A stretch of DNA of 63,436 nt, the filler included, from Rhabdomonas costata (taxonomy: Eukaryota), in assembly GCA_019059605.1 (NCBI GenBank). It is 34 parts of 34 records of this genome, joined end to end, with 100 filler letters (N's around TTAATTAATTAA, not from the genome) between each part and the next. Parts side by side here need not be neighbours in the genome. Positions count along the whole stretch, not along the records: positions 22,431 to 24,201 come from JAHMHO010009328.1; positions 24,302 to 26,070 come from JAHMHO010009329.1; positions 26,171 to 27,939 come from JAHMHO010009330.1; positions 28,040 to 29,807 come from JAHMHO010009331.1; positions 29,908 to 31,676 come from JAHMHO010009332.1; positions 31,777 to 33,546 come from JAHMHO010009333.1; positions 33,647 to 35,414 come from JAHMHO010009334.1; positions 35,515 to 37,282 come from JAHMHO010009335.1; 26 more parts are not named here. One strand, 5' to 3'. The first letter of the stretch is position 1. Each line of letters opens with the position of its first letter. The notes under the pieces are model-generated. The model saw only the letters and a list, made by a program, of their open reading frames with translations, was not told where the DNA came from and made no database searches. Made by a program: the position numbers and the translations under genes. Shown piece after piece: positions 23,328-36,059 of this stretch.

Positions 23328-23620
23328 CAGCAGCAACAGCTAGCGCCCAACCCACACCTCCTGTCTATGCCTTGGCATTCATCATCTTTGCGGTTCCTCT
23401 GCGCGTTGGTGTGCACCAGACCGGGCCTGGACTGGGGCTGTTCGTGCAAATCGGGGCCTTCGGGCTGGCCCTGGTCACGCTGGCCGTGGCGATGACCTTT
23501 GCGTACTGCATTCTCCCGCCCCCCTCGCGGCGGTATGACCAGGCCGCGATGTTCAGCTCGGTGATTCCCCGGGAGCTTCCCCCGGACCCAGAGCCCCCAG
23601 ATGGCCCGGTGCCCTCGGAC
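22431..23620 (+). CDS. Multi-pass membrane protein fragment, possibly amastin/claudin-like
   Basis: Phase-0 exons ...GVLLVLAPLA|VLMMLFSVGLAALWALVCWSLF...SDCYQ (22922-23020)|TGPGLGLFVQIGAFGLALVTLAVAM (from 23420) give three hydrophobic segments. Confidence 0.45.
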
Positions 23621-24835
23621 AGTTCCCAGGACGGCCGGGCTCACCCCCACTCCCAGGCCTGGCCACAGCGCAGACCTCCACTCTTCGGCTTCCGAGCGCC
23701 AGCCTACCCACCCCCGGCAGCCCCTACCGCTTTTGGTTTGGGTTCAGGGAGGAAACCAAGGATCCCGCAGAGTTTGGTCGTACCCCCGTGGCAGTTGCAC
23801 GGTGGGCACAGCCTTCACACAAGGACGCTCGTGGACGTGAGTGCTGTAATCGATTCAAAACTGGCATTTAGGGTGGGGTGTATGGGTAATGGGTAGAAAT
23901 CACCGATTAGTTGGGGGTACGACTTGCCTTCACCATGTAACCTCCGGTAGAAAAAGCTACGCCCCCGTGTCTCAGGGAACACCCCAATATATTTGGTGAT
24001 TGGTAGTGCTAATCATAATAATTTCCGCCGTCCTCCCTCCCCTCTGAACCATCTTTGGACTGCGAACAAGGTGGAATTTGCTTTCATGGGATGTCATCAA
24101 GTCTTTCGGTAATCACTGAGCCTTAAATGAAACCAACTAGGATCCCTCTTCTCCTCCCCGAATCCAAGCACACGTCTGACCAACCAACCCAAACACCCAA
24201 CNNNNNNNNNNNNNNNNNNNNNNNNNNNNNNNNNNNNNNNNNNNNTTAATTAATTAANNNNNNNNNNNNNNNNNNNNNNNNNNNNNNNNNNNNNNNNNNN
24301 NGTTGGGTGGTTGCCTTGAATCGCGCAAAACTGAAACGTTCAAACCCCAAGGCCAAGGCGGACGCGGCGACGGAGAACCAACTTCCCCACTTCCCCGAGG
24401 GATATATTCACTCTCTCCTTTCTCACGCCTTGTGCAAGCAGTGACTTTTGATGCCCTCAACGTTTCAGTTTTGCGCGATTCAAGGCAACCACCGCTGGAG
24501 AAAAAGTTACCAACATTCCTCTCGACCGTTTTTGGGTTGGGGAAGTAAATTAACTCGTCATCTAAAAAGGTGACTTATTTATTCGTGCAGACACGTCTGC
24601 CGAACCTTTAGTCACATGGAGCTTCCCATGATAAATCGTCCTTCGCCCTTCTCCAGATGAAAGCACAAAACGAGAAGGAGTTTCATGCTCATATCAAAAA
24701 ATTCAAGCCAATTAAGAACTCCCAAAGCGAAACAATTAAGCTGATCCCATTTCACCCGAAAAGCCGAAGGAAATGCACAGAAGCACAGTGCAGAAGCAAT
24801 GAAAGAACAGAGCAGAGCAGAGCAGAACAGAATAC

Positions 24836-25842
24836 CGTCTTTCCTTGCCCAGATTTTGCGCGAAGGAGAACGTCCGTGCCTGGTAAAAAAGCACCAAACT
24901 TCTTTGTCTGGCAAACCGCATGCACAGAATGAAATGTTCAACGACAGCATTGAAGAACCAAACGCCACTTCACGCTTACGCTTTTTGGGTTCACTACTGC
25001 AACACCAGCAATAAAAACTTCAAGCCATGACAGAAATCTCACCCTTTTCGTTTAAGCTTCAATAACTCTCTGACTAACACGTCAGTCGAATGTTAATCTT
25101 CTGTGCAGGCAGAATTGAAGTTGCATGCAATTGGTTCGCCCACCAGAAAACCAAACACTGTAGCTCTCGGAGGGACGGATCCATTATACCCCCCCCCCCT
25201 CGACCCGAACCAAAACCAGTGATGGCGAATGAAACGCAAAAAAAAAAAATCTGAAAAGGCAAATAATTCAGCATCTTTGTCCCCTCTTCCCCTCGTGGAT
25301 CAATGTTGGGAGAAAAACAGCGCACATATCGCACACCTATCTCGGCATTGACTCTCGGCATTGACTTTCCGGGGATAGGGGGACGAAATTGACTGCAAAT
25401 GCCTATTTTTTTTTCTCATTTCGCCTATTTTCAGCTCAACATCAAATCACAGGGCATGCCCGCACAAACGGGATGCCAGTGTTCATTGAGACGCAAGTTA
25501 AAAATGAAGTCCCCAATGGGGGGAGGATAGAACGGGTTTTATCGAGTCAATTCAATGCGCGTCTAACCACTGCAGCTCAGTTGAAACAACACGGACATTG
25601 TGGCGCAGACATTTATCTTTTCTCCCTTTTCTCACCCTTGAGGAAGGCATTGGACCCGCAGAGTTTCAGACGGCTTTAACATTTCAGCTTCTTTTAAGGA
25701 CAGGACGACAAACCTTTCAGCATGGCACTGAAACTGGCTGCCTGGATGGCAGCAAGGTTGGAGAACTTCATCTTATCCAGTGCGTATAAAACCTCAGCTG
25801 AGAGCCCATATGAATCGAACCTAATATCCGTCGTAATCGCGC
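24836..25842 (-). CDS. DEAD-box RNA helicase, Q-motif and motif I exons
   Basis: Exon ~25842-25714 (FDSYGLSAEVLYALDKMKFSNLAAIQAASFSAMLK) and exon 24879-24836 (GTDVLLRAKSGQGKT), GT-AG intron. Confidence 0.85.
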
Positions 25843-26758
25843 CTCCCAGGGAGGGAGATTGCACATGCCCAAAGTGAGAAAACAGTTCCATTTCAAACAG
25901 CGAGGCCAAACCACGGGATCCAACCCTGAGCAAACCAAAAGAACCCCCAACCACAAACATGACAAGATGCTGAGTGAAAACAGTGAAAGTGACAGAGTTA
26001 CATAGCGGTGCACGGCGCTGGATGGCGCTTTGGCAGGTCATTCGGTAGTTAATGGGTTGACCCCAAAACCNNNNNNNNNNNNNNNNNNNNNNNNNNNNNN
26101 NNNNNNNNNNNNNNTTAATTAATTAANNNNNNNNNNNNNNNNNNNNNNNNNNNNNNNNNNNNNNNNNNNNAGGGGGTCCCGCACGTCCGCGTGAAAAAGG
26201 ACGGTGAGAGTCTGCTGATGTTGGGGATGCATACCGCTGGCCGGTTGGAACTGCTTCCGTGCATACTCTTGCCAAAGGGTGATTGCGGCTTTAGCGTTTC
26301 GCGGGACACTCGGATAGTACCATTTTCTGGTGGTGAACTGTCTACGGTGTACCGCAGATGCATTATAGCGTCTGTCTCACCGCCAATGGGATGAGATATT
26401 TTGTTTCAACCAATTACGTCTGAAAACGCAAGACGTGAAAGAACGACATTCAGCGACTTTTTCCTCTTCTAAAAAACGCACCCGAGACGAAAATCGAAAG
26501 CCGCGCTGTCTGGGGCCTGACTACATCGTCCGTAAGCAAGACCACACAGCAGACTATATCAGACTGAAACCTACCACATTTGGCCTTTCCCGAAAGGTCT
26601 CACACTGACAGTCTTAAACCCAACGTAAAACTTGTAAGCAATTTAATGACAAAAAATCAATCTAAAAATCAGTCTAAACATCCCTACGACCCCCCTCACA
26701 ATGCTAACTTCACTTCGTTTGTGCTTTGTCGAGGAAAATGCCAGCGGTATGCGTATAG

Positions 26759-27460
26759 TTCGCTCTGCCTTCATACGTTGTGACCGCGGCTGAAGAAGGG
26801 TTGGCGGAGGTGAGTGAGAAGCTTTGGGCTAGCTTGACTTTCGCTGCAGTTAAGCTCTGCTTGAGGATGCGTCCCCAGAGCGTAGCACTCACCACCTTTG
26901 GCTTTGGTATGGTAAGTCAGGACCATGTGCAACTGCAGGGCCTGTTATCTGCACTACCGGAAGCTGCAGTGCGCAGTCTCCCGGAGATGTCCCCCAGCGA
27001 AGTCGCGATGTGTGTTCAAGGTTTCGGCGAGATCTACCGCAACTCCGGAAGAGCAGGGAAGTTGTGGGTTCCTGGTTCCGGCCTCCTTGAAGCCTTGGAG
27101 AGTGCATTTTTGATAAGCACTGGGAAGGGGCAACTAGACCCCCACGCGCTAATCTGGGCGGCGCAGGGCTTCATGGCATTGAACTCCGAAAGCCGTGAGA
27201 TTTGGCTGACGTTGGAACAAGCAGTGGTTCGCCAAGCCTCTATTTTCACTGGTTCTGTTCTGGAAGGTCTTGTGCGGGCGCTTGCCAGGCGGAGAGAGGT
27301 GGGACATGCAGTCTGGGCGGCACTCAGGAAAGCTTTGGACGGCCAGCCTGAAGGTGTGGTGGACCCTGCGGTGACGAGGATGTGCTCGACAGCATTGGAG
27401 GCTGCCGCAAAGAGGGCGAGCAGGCTGCGCAAGAACTTTACAGTTTATACCATTGCCTGA
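26759..27460 (+). CDS. Alpha-helical repeat protein (HPR/OPR/FASTK-like), long terminal exon
   Basis: About 37-45 aa periodic units: MRPQSVALTTFGFG, MSPSEVAMCVQGFG, LDPHALIWAAQGFM, FTGSVLEGLVRALA. The start is approximate. Confidence 0.55.
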   Translation, partial: FALPSYVVTAAEEGLAEVSEKLWASLTFAAVKLCLRMRPQSVALTTFGFGMVSQDHVQLQGLLSALPEAAVRSLPEMSPSEVAMCVQGFGEIYRNSGRAGKLWVPGSGLLEALESAFLISTGKGQLDPHALIWAAQGFMALNSESREIWLTLEQAVVRQASIFTGSVLEGLVRALARRREVGHAVWAALRKALDGQPEGVVDPAVTRMCSTALEAAAKRASRLRKNFTVYTIA

Positions 27461-28504
27461 AAAGTATTTGTGTTGGAACGTGGTGTCTATGTTTGTTACG
27501 CTAAAGCAGCTGTAGTCTTTGGTTCACGAAACGCTTTTTGATTTTCGAGCGTGCATGCGCATATGAGAGATCCGCTTGCCGGTGTTATTCCTGGTGTTGC
27601 TGGATTTGATTACGCCAGACCATAAACATAATGTTGTCTGTCTGCCATATCAATGGGTAACCGAGATGGTGCATGGTGCACACACATGAGACCGGTGTCT
27701 GGGGTGTGGCGAAGAAGGCACGAATGCGAGGAGAGCATGCGTGTGCGGTGCGGTTGATATCATGCACGATGCATGATAACAACACACACACACACAACAC
27801 ACACACACACACAGCGCGTGCGCCCGTCAGTCCCCAGTGGTCACCAACAACCAAGCAACCAGGCAACAGCCAGCAATGCGCCCAACACACGCATGCACGC
27901 ACGCACGCACGCACGCACGCGCGCGCGCGCACACACACANNNNNNNNNNNNNNNNNNNNNNNNNNNNNNNNNNNNNNNNNNNNTTAATTAATTAANNNNN
28001 NNNNNNNNNNNNNNNNNNNNNNNNNNNNNNNNNNNNNNNTTGTGTATGTAAATTACAAATACGGCGCAAGAATTTCTGATTTTTGGGTGTAAATCGGCTT
28101 CAGTTTGCCATAAGATTTTGATTTTGTTTGTTGGTTTCAGTGGTACACTCTTGCTATTATAGAGTTTATTTGCGATATTCATTGCAGGCTCATAAGCTCC
28201 TGCTGAGCCGTGCGTAGACAAACTCTGCGGAGCGCAATGAACCAATCATAAGAATCGGGGAGCAAAATGGGCTGTATCTAGCGCATAATGGCAAGAAACT
28301 GAAACTTGTTTACTCTCTTAGTTTGCCCACCGATTATTAGGGGTCTCTTATTGTCTCATGCGTTCATCACACATGGGATCCGGAAGTAAGGCCTGCCGGG
28401 GATTTATGTGCGGTGGTGTAGTCCTATCGTCAGAACAGACCGTGAGAGAGTGAGAGAGAGAGGGGGGGGGATGCATCATTGGCGGACTTTTTCTTCAAGA
28501 AAAT

Positions 28505-28552
28505 AATGGCAATGGCAGTGGCAGTGGCAATGGCAATGGCAATGGCAATGGC
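28505..28552 (+). repeat. Hexamer tandem repeat (TGGCAR)n
   Basis: About 8 units of atggca/gtggca. Confidence 0.9.
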
Positions 28553-28660
28553 TCTCATTGGCACTGGAGTGCTGAGAATGTGTTGAGCGCTGTGCTGCGC
28601 CGCTGGGTGCCCTCCGGCGGCTCGTGTGAGTGGGTTTGTGGGGATGTCCGGTGGCCGCAG

Positions 28661-29800
28661 GCTACGATGCCATGGGTAGGGTCACCGCGGGCCACAGCAA
28701 CCGCGTGTACTCCGTGCTCTTTGCCGACCAGAACATGCTGCTCAGTGGGGGCTGGGACAGGTCTACCCAATCCTCCACCTCTTCATCGGTGGCCCTTTCT
28801 TCTTCCCTTCGCGATCTTCGCGCTTAGCGCATGAGCGATGTTCAGAAGGTTGTGTATCCAGGTGGTGTCTGCAGGTTCTGCAGGTTGTTCACCTGACGAG
28901 TCCGCGTTTTGTTGTTCCCCTTGTTTTGTTCTTGGGAGAGCATTGCGTGAATGGATGTGCGAATGCAGGGGTTTGAGCAGAGATCTGGAGCTCCACAGAA
29001 CTGCGGTGTAATGCACCATTGAGATTTCCCAAGAACCTTCGTCCAGCACTAGAGGGGTGAACTGCATTGGTACCCCTGAAAAGCGGTCAGCCAGTTTGAA
29101 TTGAGAGACAGGTTTCCTTTTTTTTTAGACGGCTTTCACACCACCCAAGAAAAAGCAGAACGACAGCAAAGCTTCGTCACAGGTACCAAACCTGCAGGGT
29201 GAAAACGCAGGAATGTCACATGTTGAAAGAAAGGTAGTTTGGTTTTCTGCTTTGCTCAACGTCCTCTAAAGTTCTAACACCGTGCTTCCAGCACCCCAGC
29301 ACGGCATCCTGCTCCGCCACAAGGGCGGGGGGAACCCCGTGATCGGAGACACGGCGAAGCAAGGCCACACCAAACCTTCGCACCTACCATCTGGGAGGGT
29401 GCCTTCGCTGCACAAACACACACACACACACAAAAATATATAGGGCTGCACGCACTGCAGCAGTGAAGCCCCGCGGTCCCCTGGACACTGTAAAGGCAGA
29501 AAAGACCTCCACCGAAGCAATGCCTATTACACGTAATGTGCAGGTTGAGGGTGTGGTGGCAACGTTTTGAGAAGCCCAGAACACTACAGGTTGTCATGAT
29601 CTCATACCACACCACATCTCAGAGCTTATGTCCTGCTTTATCAGGCAAACGGCTCTCGCCGCTCCACCTCCGACTGGTGTGCGTGTATTTTGAGGGAGTG
29701 GGGTGCGGGGGGTGCAGGACGGTGCAGGTGCACGACATCCGCTCAGGCCGTGCCGTGCGCACGCTGTTTGGGCCCCACGTCAGCGGGGACGCCCTGGACC
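28661..29800 (+). CDS. WD40-repeat protein, internal exons
   Basis: Exons 28661-28760 and 29718-29800 give GHSNRVYSVLFADQNMLLSGGWDR|TVQVHDIRSGRAVRTLFGPHVSGDALD. Confidence 0.9.
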
Positions 29801-29960
29801 CCCCCACNNNNNNNNNNNNNNNNNNNNNNNNNNNNNNNNNNNNNNNNNNNNTTAATTAATTAANNNNNNNNNNNNNNNNNNNNNNNNNNNNNNNNNNNNN
29901 NNNNNNNTTTTGGTGTGATCAACGGGCTCGGTGTGCCCGCAACAGTGTGCGGCAGCGCAC

Positions 29961-30937
29961 TGCCTTTGTCGTGGAGATCCCCATGGCCTGGTAGAAGAGG
30001 GAGCCAAGCGCGGGCACCGCCGCAAGGATCTTTGTGGTGTGCACCCCTCGGCTGGTATGGTCCAAGGTCTTGATCCGCGGGAAGTGCTGGGCCCCGACCT
30101 CCCGAGCCAGGTCCCCCAGCCCTGAGAGAAGGAGAGAAGGAGAGAGAGCGTGCGCGCAACAGATCACAGGTAACTTGCCATCGCCTTCTGACATGAAGCA
30201 TCGTTTTCCCACCGCTGCACATCGACCATTAGAGGGTATTCCCAAAGCGGAGGGGTCACCTCGCCAAAATACAGTGTTGTAATTCCGTGGAGGACAGATC
30301 GACACACTCACAAACACACCCTGGCCCTCCCCGAAGATCACGATGTGCGGCCTGGGCCGCAGGTGCGCCCAGCTGCGGAGGGCGTTGGTCTGGATCATCG
30401 CGATGTGGGGGTCCACCATAGGCTTCGGCGTGGTGAAGATGGTGAAGGTGCTCTCGTCGAAAGTCCCGTGTTCCAGGTCCACCTTGCCATACAGCTCGGA
30501 CTCGGCGTAGGTTTCCGCGCTGGAGTCGTTCTGGTACCTTTTTTTTTCAAATATGCGTGTGCGTGAACATAGCAGGATAAACGTCTCCTGGAAGGAACCA
30601 TCTTGCAGATGTTGTTTCTGTCCTGCGTTGGCAGCTCATCCACAAACGAACAGAGGTCACGAGAAAAGGAAAACAGCACCATGCAACTAAACCCGAAGTA
30701 AAAGGAGCATCACTTGTTGGCACCCCTTTGCCATCCTCACGTGGGCGCGGACCGGTTGTCAGGAATCAGAAACCGAATCTGCTCCGCCTCCGCGTCGTCG
30801 CTCTCCTCGCGGGGGAGCTGCTCCTGCTGGGGAGCTGCCACAGCTCCCCCCTCGGCCAAGGGGCCACCCACACTCCCGGGCTCCTCCCGCAAGGGGCGCG
30901 CTGCGGGCAGGACCACATGTTCAGCGGCATCTTTTAC
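29961..30937 (-). CDS. Putative GT-A fold glycosyltransferase domain protein, partial
   Basis: Exons 30537-30320 and 30121-29961 give FTIFTTPKP...IAMIQTNALRSWAHLRPRPHIVIFGEGQ|GLGDLAREVG...VPALGSLF. This resembles the 'TTPKPF...IQxNAxxSW' glycosyltransferase-like family. The DxD motif lies beyond the contig. Confidence 0.65.
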
Positions 30938-32701
30938 CTGCATACATTCGCGGGCATAGTTGAATACAGAAATTTCTGCATGAATGGTGCAACCTGCTGT
31001 TCCATCTTATCTCCCCCCCCGCTTACTAGTTAGCAGGAACGAAAGAGAAAACAGGAGTGCAACGGGCAGTAAAATAGTTGCTCAAACGTGGTTCAATGCG
31101 GAGGAATGATCCCCTCCACGTGCCTGCCGTGCTGCGGACACAGTGACGCCTCCCGTGAGGGAATTCAGTCATTGCTAACCGTACAATCGGAGAGGAGAGG
31201 GTGGCCATGGTAAACGGGAAAGACACACACAACAGACGCACAAAAAGCCGATGGACCTCGAAAACAATAGGGTCCATGTGCGAACCCACAGAGGCCAGCG
31301 TCGCGGGAGTCCGGTTGACCAGCACCCACTCAAACGTAAACCGGGGAGGGAAAGCAGCCTGCCACAAACAAACACAAGCGACGAACAAAAAAATACTCCA
31401 TAGTTGTCACATCAGAATTTGGTATTGTTCATTGTTCATTGGGGGAGACGAGCAATTCTTGAATTTCTCACAAAAAAAGGCCAAACCATCCATAGCAACA
31501 ATCACAACGAGCAAGTCTAGATCCACAATGAAGATCACAAAGAACCAGACATGGGGATGCGTGGTCCCTTTGGGCTGCGACTCGAATAACTGAAAAAAGC
31601 ATGTCGCTTTTCACAAAACGTTCATCCCACGTGCGGAGCTCAGCGGTGCAGCCCACCCCCCCCAAACACCCCACACNNNNNNNNNNNNNNNNNNNNNNNN
31701 NNNNNNNNNNNNNNNNNNNNTTAATTAATTAANNNNNNNNNNNNNNNNNNNNNNNNNNNNNNNNNNNNNNNNNNNNTTGCGGTTTTTTCGGCGAATTTTA
31801 CGTTCTTTTTACGATGATGAGGTTGAAATTGACCTTTGGCCTACTATGAGGCAGACGTGTCTGCGGGGGTGCAGGTGGTCAGGAAAGTTCCTTTCAGGTT
31901 TTGGCCTTTTTCCAGCCTCCTGTATGGTATCGCTGTGAATGATTTTGGTTCATGGTGTTGCCTAGTAGCATTTGCTACGCAGCAACAGTAGTGGTACCCT
32001 GCAACGGAGAATTTGTCAATGGGTGGCTTGAACTATCAAGAACTAGATCACCATCAGGACCACTTAGGACGAACTCCGTAGACGCGATAATCAACCCAAC
32101 CAGTTCAGTCTGACGCAAGTTCAGATTCACACCCCAGCAGATCAAAAGGAACACGAGAACCCTCAAGCACACCCAACGATAACAGCAACCTCGCAACACA
32201 CCAGTGACATCTGGCATCACACACAGCAGCATTCCCATACCCGTGCACCAAAGAAGAACTCGCGGCACTTTCTCCTCCTTCTTAAATCTTGTTGGAAACA
32301 CTGAGTAAGCTGTGTGAGCCATTTATCCTTTGACTGACGGACCCGGTAAAACACTTTTTTTCTGCTTCTCATTTTGTTTATGTTTCCCGTTGGTTTCACC
32401 TTGGTGAAATTGAGAAATCGTCAGAGTCAAAACGTTTAATGTCCGAAATTTTTTACGATTTCTTTTTTTGCGATTTTTTATACGTTTTTCGGAACCCTGG
32501 ATTTTACGTTTCATTTACGTTTTCTTTTCTCGTTTTTTTTTTTACGAACCAACCCTGGTCAACCCTGTCCTAACCCCACCGCGCTGTATTTTCCTCCATC
32601 CGATCCCTCTCGCCCCCCTCCGCCTGCATCCCGTCCCTCCTCGTGCTTGGCTTCTTTGCAAGGTAATGCAGCAACCTTCTCCTCCGTGGCTCAACGCATA
32701 C

Positions 32702-32703
<2 letters not shown>

Positions 32704-32733
<30 letters not shown>

Positions 32734-32780
32734 CATACATACATACATACATACATACATACATACATACATACATACAT
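32704..32780 (+). repeat. (TACA)n microsatellite
   Basis: About 19 perfect units. Confidence 0.97.
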
Positions 32781-33954
32781 TGCATTTCAGTCTGCTTCTC
32801 AGATATTTCGTTCAGCCGTGTCCTTTTACGTGTCCTTTTACTGCAGACCGACCGACAATCTAATTATTTGCAGCGGTCTTTCTTAGGGGGAGTGCGGTGT
32901 GCGTGTGTGTGGATGGGGGAGACGCCGACCCTACCAGGAGGGGGGGGATTGCCAAAAGCAGTCCTTGCAGCATAGTGCCATCGATCCCAAAGTACAGCCC
33001 ACAGTTAAGTCCGACACTCTCAACCATCAATCCCGACCTACCCGCCATTTCGCGAATGCATTTATACTCAAACCAAAGTATAAGCACTGCTGCCCCTCCC
33101 CTCGCCGCACCTGCTTCAGAAATTTCATGGCCTCCCACTCTGCCAGCTCCTCTCGCTCGCGGTGGGTCTTCTCCTCCGAAACCAGGAAGTTCAGCAACAT
33201 GGCGCTCAAACCAGTCAGAGGCTGGCGAGCGACCCCCCCCACACACACAACCAACAAGCCCAACAACCCCACTGCCACCTCATGCCCCAATTCTCTTCAC
33301 AAGCGTCTTTTCCCCATGAGCCCGCTGCAATAGGTTTTTTCATGGAGGCCAGCTCAAAATGGGTTGATTGCAACGCACTCCCATGAGCATCAGTCGTGGC
33401 ATCGGTGTGTATCCGCGGGTGCCATCCCCCCCCCCCCAGGCTCGAATCCGCATGACAGGCCATAGAGCCAAAGTGGGGAAGTACCTCTGCCCTTCACCTA
33501 ACGGCGAACCGTTAAGCACTCTGTCAGCCTTATAGCACAACCACAANNNNNNNNNNNNNNNNNNNNNNNNNNNNNNNNNNNNNNNNNNNNTTAATTAATT
33601 AANNNNNNNNNNNNNNNNNNNNNNNNNNNNNNNNNNNNNNNNNNNNGTGTTTGTTGTCTGTCTCTGCCCCCCCGCAAGTGAACGCCTTTCACAACGCTGC
33701 TCTGGTTATTTGGTTGTGGTACTGGGTCTTTTCCGTCACTCCTTCGTTGCGCTCAGTCGTTCCTCCTACTTCCGTGATGCTGATACCTACTACGGGCTTG
33801 CCTCGTAGTAGGTATCAGCACCTCGACATGCCCTTCGTGGTATTCCGTGTGGCTGCGACCAGTACGGCTGAGGCAGGATGCCCAAGGAGTGACACAACCA
33901 ATTCTATGGGCTTTGTCCACTCGTCTGAGCATCCTCATCCTCAATCTGCCACGT

Positions 33955-34854
33955 AAATGCTCTTGCACTTTCATCTGGCTCCCTGTAGACGAGCTGCCAG
34001 CTGTTTTATCGTTCTCGTCGAAGGTCACCATTCCCGCCTTGTCCACCTTGCAGGCCGACTGCACCCGCTGCGCAATGGACCAAGATTCTGTCGTTACGGT
34101 AATGTCAAAACAAAACACAAAAGAAAACAAAACAAAAGCACATAAGAGTATCAGTATTAATCTTAAGTGCCGTGTTTTCGAGAAGTGCTTTTCATGCTGC
34201 ACGATATAACTCCACTTTGCACGCTTTAGAACAACAAAATACCTGGTGCCACGATTGTGGACCACAATATTTATTTGCTTTTATTTGACCGGTTTATCGC
34301 ACCATGTGTTGGGTGCAGGTTGGAGAATTCCCACCAGCAAAGCGGAGCTGGCAGATTCCCTTCTGGAGATCTATTCTTTTATCCACTACCCTCGATTCGT
34401 AGCCGGTTCGTTAAACCACCGACTCGAACTTCAAACCGACGCAAATTGGGGCAATTCACAGTACTGGTATTTTACAGTATAATAAACTTCACTCCTTTCA
34501 TTTTAGACATTATGGCCTTCATTTGCACATGGTAACCTTCACTTTGCACAGCCTCACTTGGTTGATGAAGTTACCTGATTCGTTACAGCGTTTTTCAACG
34601 AAAATTCCGTCTATAACCATCCAGATTGGACGAAAATCATCAGGAAGTAGCGTTTTTTTCATTCTGGCACCGTCGTCGTCGTGTTCGCTGGAAGCCCTCG
34701 TGGACGCCGCCTTCTTGGTGCATTTGGTTGTCGGGAGTTTTCTTTGGCCCGCTTGTCTGCGGGTCAGGGGTAAGCAGGAGACTTCTGCAAGCACATCCAA
34801 CAAAATAAAATCCTTGGACTGGAGTGCCAAAAGTGCCAAATCAGCTCCTGTACC
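33955..34854 (-). CDS. Hypothetical protein exons
   Basis: AG/GT-bounded open blocks GTGADLALLALQSKDFILLD...GNFINQ|gtgagg and SWSIAQRVQSACKVDK... No secure family. Confidence 0.4.
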
Positions 34855-35519
34855 TTGAAGAAATGAAGAAATGGAGAGCAAAAAAAAGTTGAGGGTCCTC
34901 CGGAAGCAACGCACTGCATCTGGACTCCGTGAGTGAACATGATGCTGTCTGGTTTTCAATTGCCAGACGCACCCGTGAAAAGGTGGGGGTTCTCTTCATA
35001 ACACCTTGGACACCTCCACTGTGTTCCCGTGCCCCCACTTCTTCTTGGAGTGGTTCACGAAGATATGACCACCGGAATAGACGTTCTCATGCCCTGCGTT
35101 TGAATTCAGAAACGAGAACTCACAGAAAGAAAAAGAAACGGGGAAAAGTAAACGGTCGGGATGGCGCACCCTCACGAAAGAATATTTACAATTGTGTCTA
35201 GTTTGTCCAAACAAGAAACGTCAAACAACCAGGCCGCGGTGGTGAAGAGCAGAGATCTCCCGCGGCGCAGAACGGTATCTAAGGCTGTTTGCAATAATTA
35301 GGACAAAAAGACGTGGACAACCCCGGCAACCCCGAATAGAGAACGCAGAACAAACAGCAAACAATTGGGCCGCGGTGGGGAAGGGCGGGCAGCTCGCGCG
35401 GCACGCAGAACTGTNNNNNNNNNNNNNNNNNNNNNNNNNNNNNNNNNNNNNNNNNNNNTTAATTAATTAANNNNNNNNNNNNNNNNNNNNNNNNNNNNNN
35501 NNNNNNNNNNNNNNGGTTG

Positions 35520-36059
35520 GTGTTACGCTTATCCTCTAGGTGTGTGTGCCGTACCATGCCACCATTATGGTAATGTCAACCATGTCATAGTGTCTGTAAC
35601 AGACCAATGGGTTGATGCATGGATGCCAAGCTGCCATGCCATGATGCCAACACCATCACCGTGGACTCAAACTGCGGGATAATCAGCTTCCAGAATGACA
35701 GGACAACATCACTCAGGGCTCGATCCACCACAACATCATCACCACTACGCATAGGGTTGACGTGGTTGCTATACCACTACCTATACAGATGTTAATGACA
35801 CCATGGCCGTGACAAACCGTGACACAACACCACCACCGTTAGTACATTGGATTACAGGGTTTTTGCGGACATAACATCACCCTAGAGAGGATTACATTAT
35901 GCCATGGCCCATAACACAGAATCGGCACAAAAAGCAGGAGGGTTTACAAGGCTGTGACACCTCTGCCTACCACCTACTGGTACAGACACTATGACATGGT
36001 TGACATTACCATAATGGTGGCATGGTACGGCACACACACCTAGAGGATAAGCGTAACAC
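35520..36059. repeat. About 79-bp inverted repeat pair (35520-35598 / 35981-36059)
   Basis: The arms are reverse complements apart from one indel. The left arm begins at the contig start. Confidence 0.9.

Noticed and set aside
24306-24493. 35-bp inverted repeat as transposon TIRs
   Set aside because: The left arm starts at the contig start next to primer-like sequence, so a chimera is more likely.
32542-32886. ORFs with YVCM/HTYI or VCVC/HTHT repeats as metal-binding proteins
   Set aside because: They are translations of (TACA)n and (CA)n microsatellites.
34780-34854. GTGADLALLAL as the XRN nuclease GLDADLIML motif
   Set aside because: The first catalytic Asp is missing and no other XRN motif was seen.
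35220-35414. Two diverged copies of about 50 nt of a GC-rich motif (ggccgcggtgg.gaag.gc...cgcgg..cgcagaac)
   Set aside because: The local duplication is real, but it is cut by the contig end and nothing indicates function.
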